Source: Mobula hypostoma
Lineage: Eukaryota
Direction of reading: 5' to 3'
Length of the DNA stretch: 64,000 nucleotides
NCBI RefSeq assembly: GCF_963921235.1
Contig: NC_086098.1
Coordinates: forward strand, 70,246,001 to 70,310,000
In this document: piece after piece, positions 61,490 through 64,000 of the stretch
Numbering within the stretch: the stretch's first letter is position 1
How the letters are laid out: the number at the start of each line of letters is the position of its first letter
Notes under the pieces: model-generated
Database searches by the model: none
Seen by the model: the letters and a program-made list of their open reading frames with translations, nothing else
Told to the model about the DNA's origin: nothing
Position numbers and translations under genes: made by a program

Positions 61490-64000
61490 GACAGGCTACT
61501 GGAGATTGGCAAACAGATTAAAGACCACAGTATAATTGGTGAGGACAAAGAAGGTATGCTGAAGGGAGGCAGAGCAGTGCTTACAGGACTGCTTCAAGTC
61601 AGAGGTCTGGACAATATTCAGGGATTCATTCTTGAATCTGAATGAATACACTACATTTGGCATTGACTTCATCAATGGATGAGTGTGGATGAGTGTGTGC
61701 CTTTGATCACATAACAACATACACAAAAGGATGACAGGAGTGAAGGTAGGACCGATTAGAGATAAAGGTGGGAAGATGTGCCTGGAGGCTGTGAAAGTGA
61801 GCGAGGCCCTCAATGAATACTTCTCTTGGTATTCACCAATGATAGGGAACTTGATGATGGTGAGGACAATATGAGTGAGGATGATGTTCTGGAACATGTT
61901 GATATTAAGGGAGAGGAGGTGTTGGAGTTGTTAAAATACACTAGGACGGATAAGTCCCCGGGGCCAGACAGAATATTCCCCAAGCTGCTCCACGAGGCGA
62001 GGGAAGAGATTGCTGAGCCTCTGACTAGGATCTTTATGTCCTCGTTGTCCACGGGAATGGTACCGGAGGATTGGAGGGAGGCGAATGTTTTCCCCTTGTT
62101 CAAAAAAGGTAGTAGGGATAGTCCAGGTAATTATAGACCAGTGAGCCTTACGTCTTTGGTGGAAAAGCTATTGGAAAAGATTCTTAGAGATAGGATCTAT
62201 GGGCATTTAGAGAATCATGGTCTGATCAGGGGCAGTCAGCATGGCTTTGTGAAGGGCAGATCGTGTCTAACGAGCCTGATAAAGTTCTTTGAGGAAGTGA
62301 CCAGACATATAGATGAGGGTAGTGCAATGGATGTGATCTACATGGATTTTAGTAAAGTATTTGACAAGGTTCCACACAGTAGGCTTATTCAGAAAGTTAG
62401 AAGGCATCGATCCAGGGAAGTTTGGCCAGGTGGATTCAGAATTGGCTTGCCTGCAGAAGGCAGAGGGTGGTGGTGGAGGGAGTTCATTCAGATTGGAGGG
62501 TTGTGACTAGTGGTGTCCCACAAGGATCTGTTCTGGGACCTTTGCTTTTCATGATTTTTATTAACGACCTGGATGTGGGGGTAGAAGGGGGGGTTGGCAA
62601 GATTGCAGACAACACAAATGTTGGTAGTGTTGTGGATAGTGTAGAGGATTGTCAAAGATTGCAGAGAGACATTGATAGGATGCAGAAGTGGGCTGAGAAG
62701 TGGCAGATGGAGTTCAACCTGGAGAGGTGTGAGGTGGTACACTTTGGAAGGACAAACTCCAAGGCAGAGTACAAAGTAAATGGTAGGATACTTGGTAATG
62801 TGGAGGAGCAGAGGGATCTGGGGGTACATGTCCACAGATCCCTGAAAGTTGTCTTACAGGTAGGTAGGGTAGTTAAGAAAGCTTATGAGGTGTTAGCTTT
62901 CATAAGTCAAGGGAAAGAGTTTAAGAGTTGCGAGGTAATGATGCAGCTCTATAAAACTCTGGTTAGGCCACACTTGGAGAATTGTGTCCAGTTCTGGTCG
63001 CCTCACTATAGGAAGGATGTGGAAGCATTGGAAAGGGTACAGAGGAGATTTTATCAGGATGCTGCCTGGTTTAGAGAGTATGCATTATGATCAGAGATTA
63101 AGGGAGCTAGGGCTTTACTCTTTGGAGAGAAGGAGGATGAGAGGAGACATGATAGAGGTATACAAGATAATAAGATGAATAGATAGAGTGGATAGCCAGC
63201 GCCTCTTCCCCAGGGCACCACTGCTCAATACAAGAGGACATGGCTTTAAGGTAAGGGGTGGGAAGTTCAAGGGGGATATTAGAGGAAGGTTTTTGACTCT
63301 GAGAGTGGTTGGTGTATGGAATGCACTGCCTGAGTCAGTGGTGGAGGCAGATACACTAGTGAAGTTTAAGAGTCTACTAGACAGGTATATGGAGGAATTT
63401 AAGGTGGGGGATTATATGGGAGGCAGGGTTTGAGGGTTGGCACAACATTGTGGGTTGAAGGGCCTGTACTATTCTATGTTCTGTGTAAACCAAAAGCTGT
63501 GGATGAACCAGGGGATTCGCAGTCTGCTGAGGATCATATCTGTGGCATTTAAGACCAGTGATCCAGAAATATACAAGAAGTCCAGGTACGACTAATGTAA
63601 GGCTATTTTAAGGGTGAAAAACCAATTATGACTGAAGTTAGAGATGGAATCAGATGCACATCAGCTCTGGCAGGGTTTGCAGGCCAATACTTTCTACAAA
63701 TCGAAACTTAACATCCCGAATGGTTGTGATGCTTCACTCCCAGATGAGCTCAACATAGGAAAGGGAGAACAAAACAGCACCTGTGCAGCACTAAGTGACC
63801 CTGTGATCTCTGTCTTGGACGCTGACATCAGACCATCTTTCAAGAGGGTGAACCATTGCAAGTCATCAGGCTGTGATTGGTGTGCCTAATGGGCTCTGAA
63901 AACCTGTACTAACCAACTGGTGGGAGTGTTCAAGGACATCTTCAATCTCTCACTGCTGCAGTTGGAGTTTCCTACCTGCTTCAAAAGGGTGACAAACATG
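61490..64000 (+). mobile_element. Rex1/Babar element split by CR1 (pieces 61490-61724 and 63486-64000), runs off the window
   Basis: LQDCFKSEVW..F..FI..C then NQKLWMN, LWQGLQ, LPDELN, LKTC.NQLVGVFKDIFNLSL. Confidence 0.85.
61725..63485 (+). mobile_element. CR1 LINE, 5'-truncated, young
   Basis: DKSPGPD, NYRPVSLTS, DFSKVFDKV, PQGSVLGP, LYKTLVRPHLE; tail TTCTATGTTCT. Confidence 0.93.

Noticed and set aside
1-64000. Prokaryotic systems (CRISPR arrays, retrons, operons)
   Set aside because: No regularly spaced repeats or gene-dense organisation; all RT motifs belong to eukaryotic retrotransposon clades

Overview
Eukaryotic (vertebrate) non-coding DNA, mostly transposable-element debris. The repeat complement (abundant CR1 LINEs with esterase ORF1, tRNA/V-domain SINEs with CR1-like tails, Rex1/Babar, Neptune-type Penelope-like elements (PLEs), Gypsy, Tc1) suggests a cartilaginous fish, most likely a ray. 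That assignment is an inference. I found no host protein-coding exon I can support, and every recognisable ORF is a TE remnant, so the window is probably a large intron or intergenic region. The most interesting signal is the PLE system. PLE termini carry a minimal type-I hammerhead ribozyme (HHR): UAGUC-CUGACGA-A-GGGUCUCGGCCC-GAAAC-GUC^GACUG. Three separate 226-274 bp insertions (745-1018, 42964-43199, 45690-45915) consist only of two inverted copies of this HHR terminus. Each is flanked by a 9-14 bp target-site duplication (TSD) and has one tailed and one tail-less arm, but each has a different inversion junction. Also present: subfamily-specific HHR core variants, two diverged solo LTRs of an unidentified family, a Tc1 nested in a Gypsy element, and several deep TE nests that give a relative chronology. 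Boundaries of old elements are approximate.
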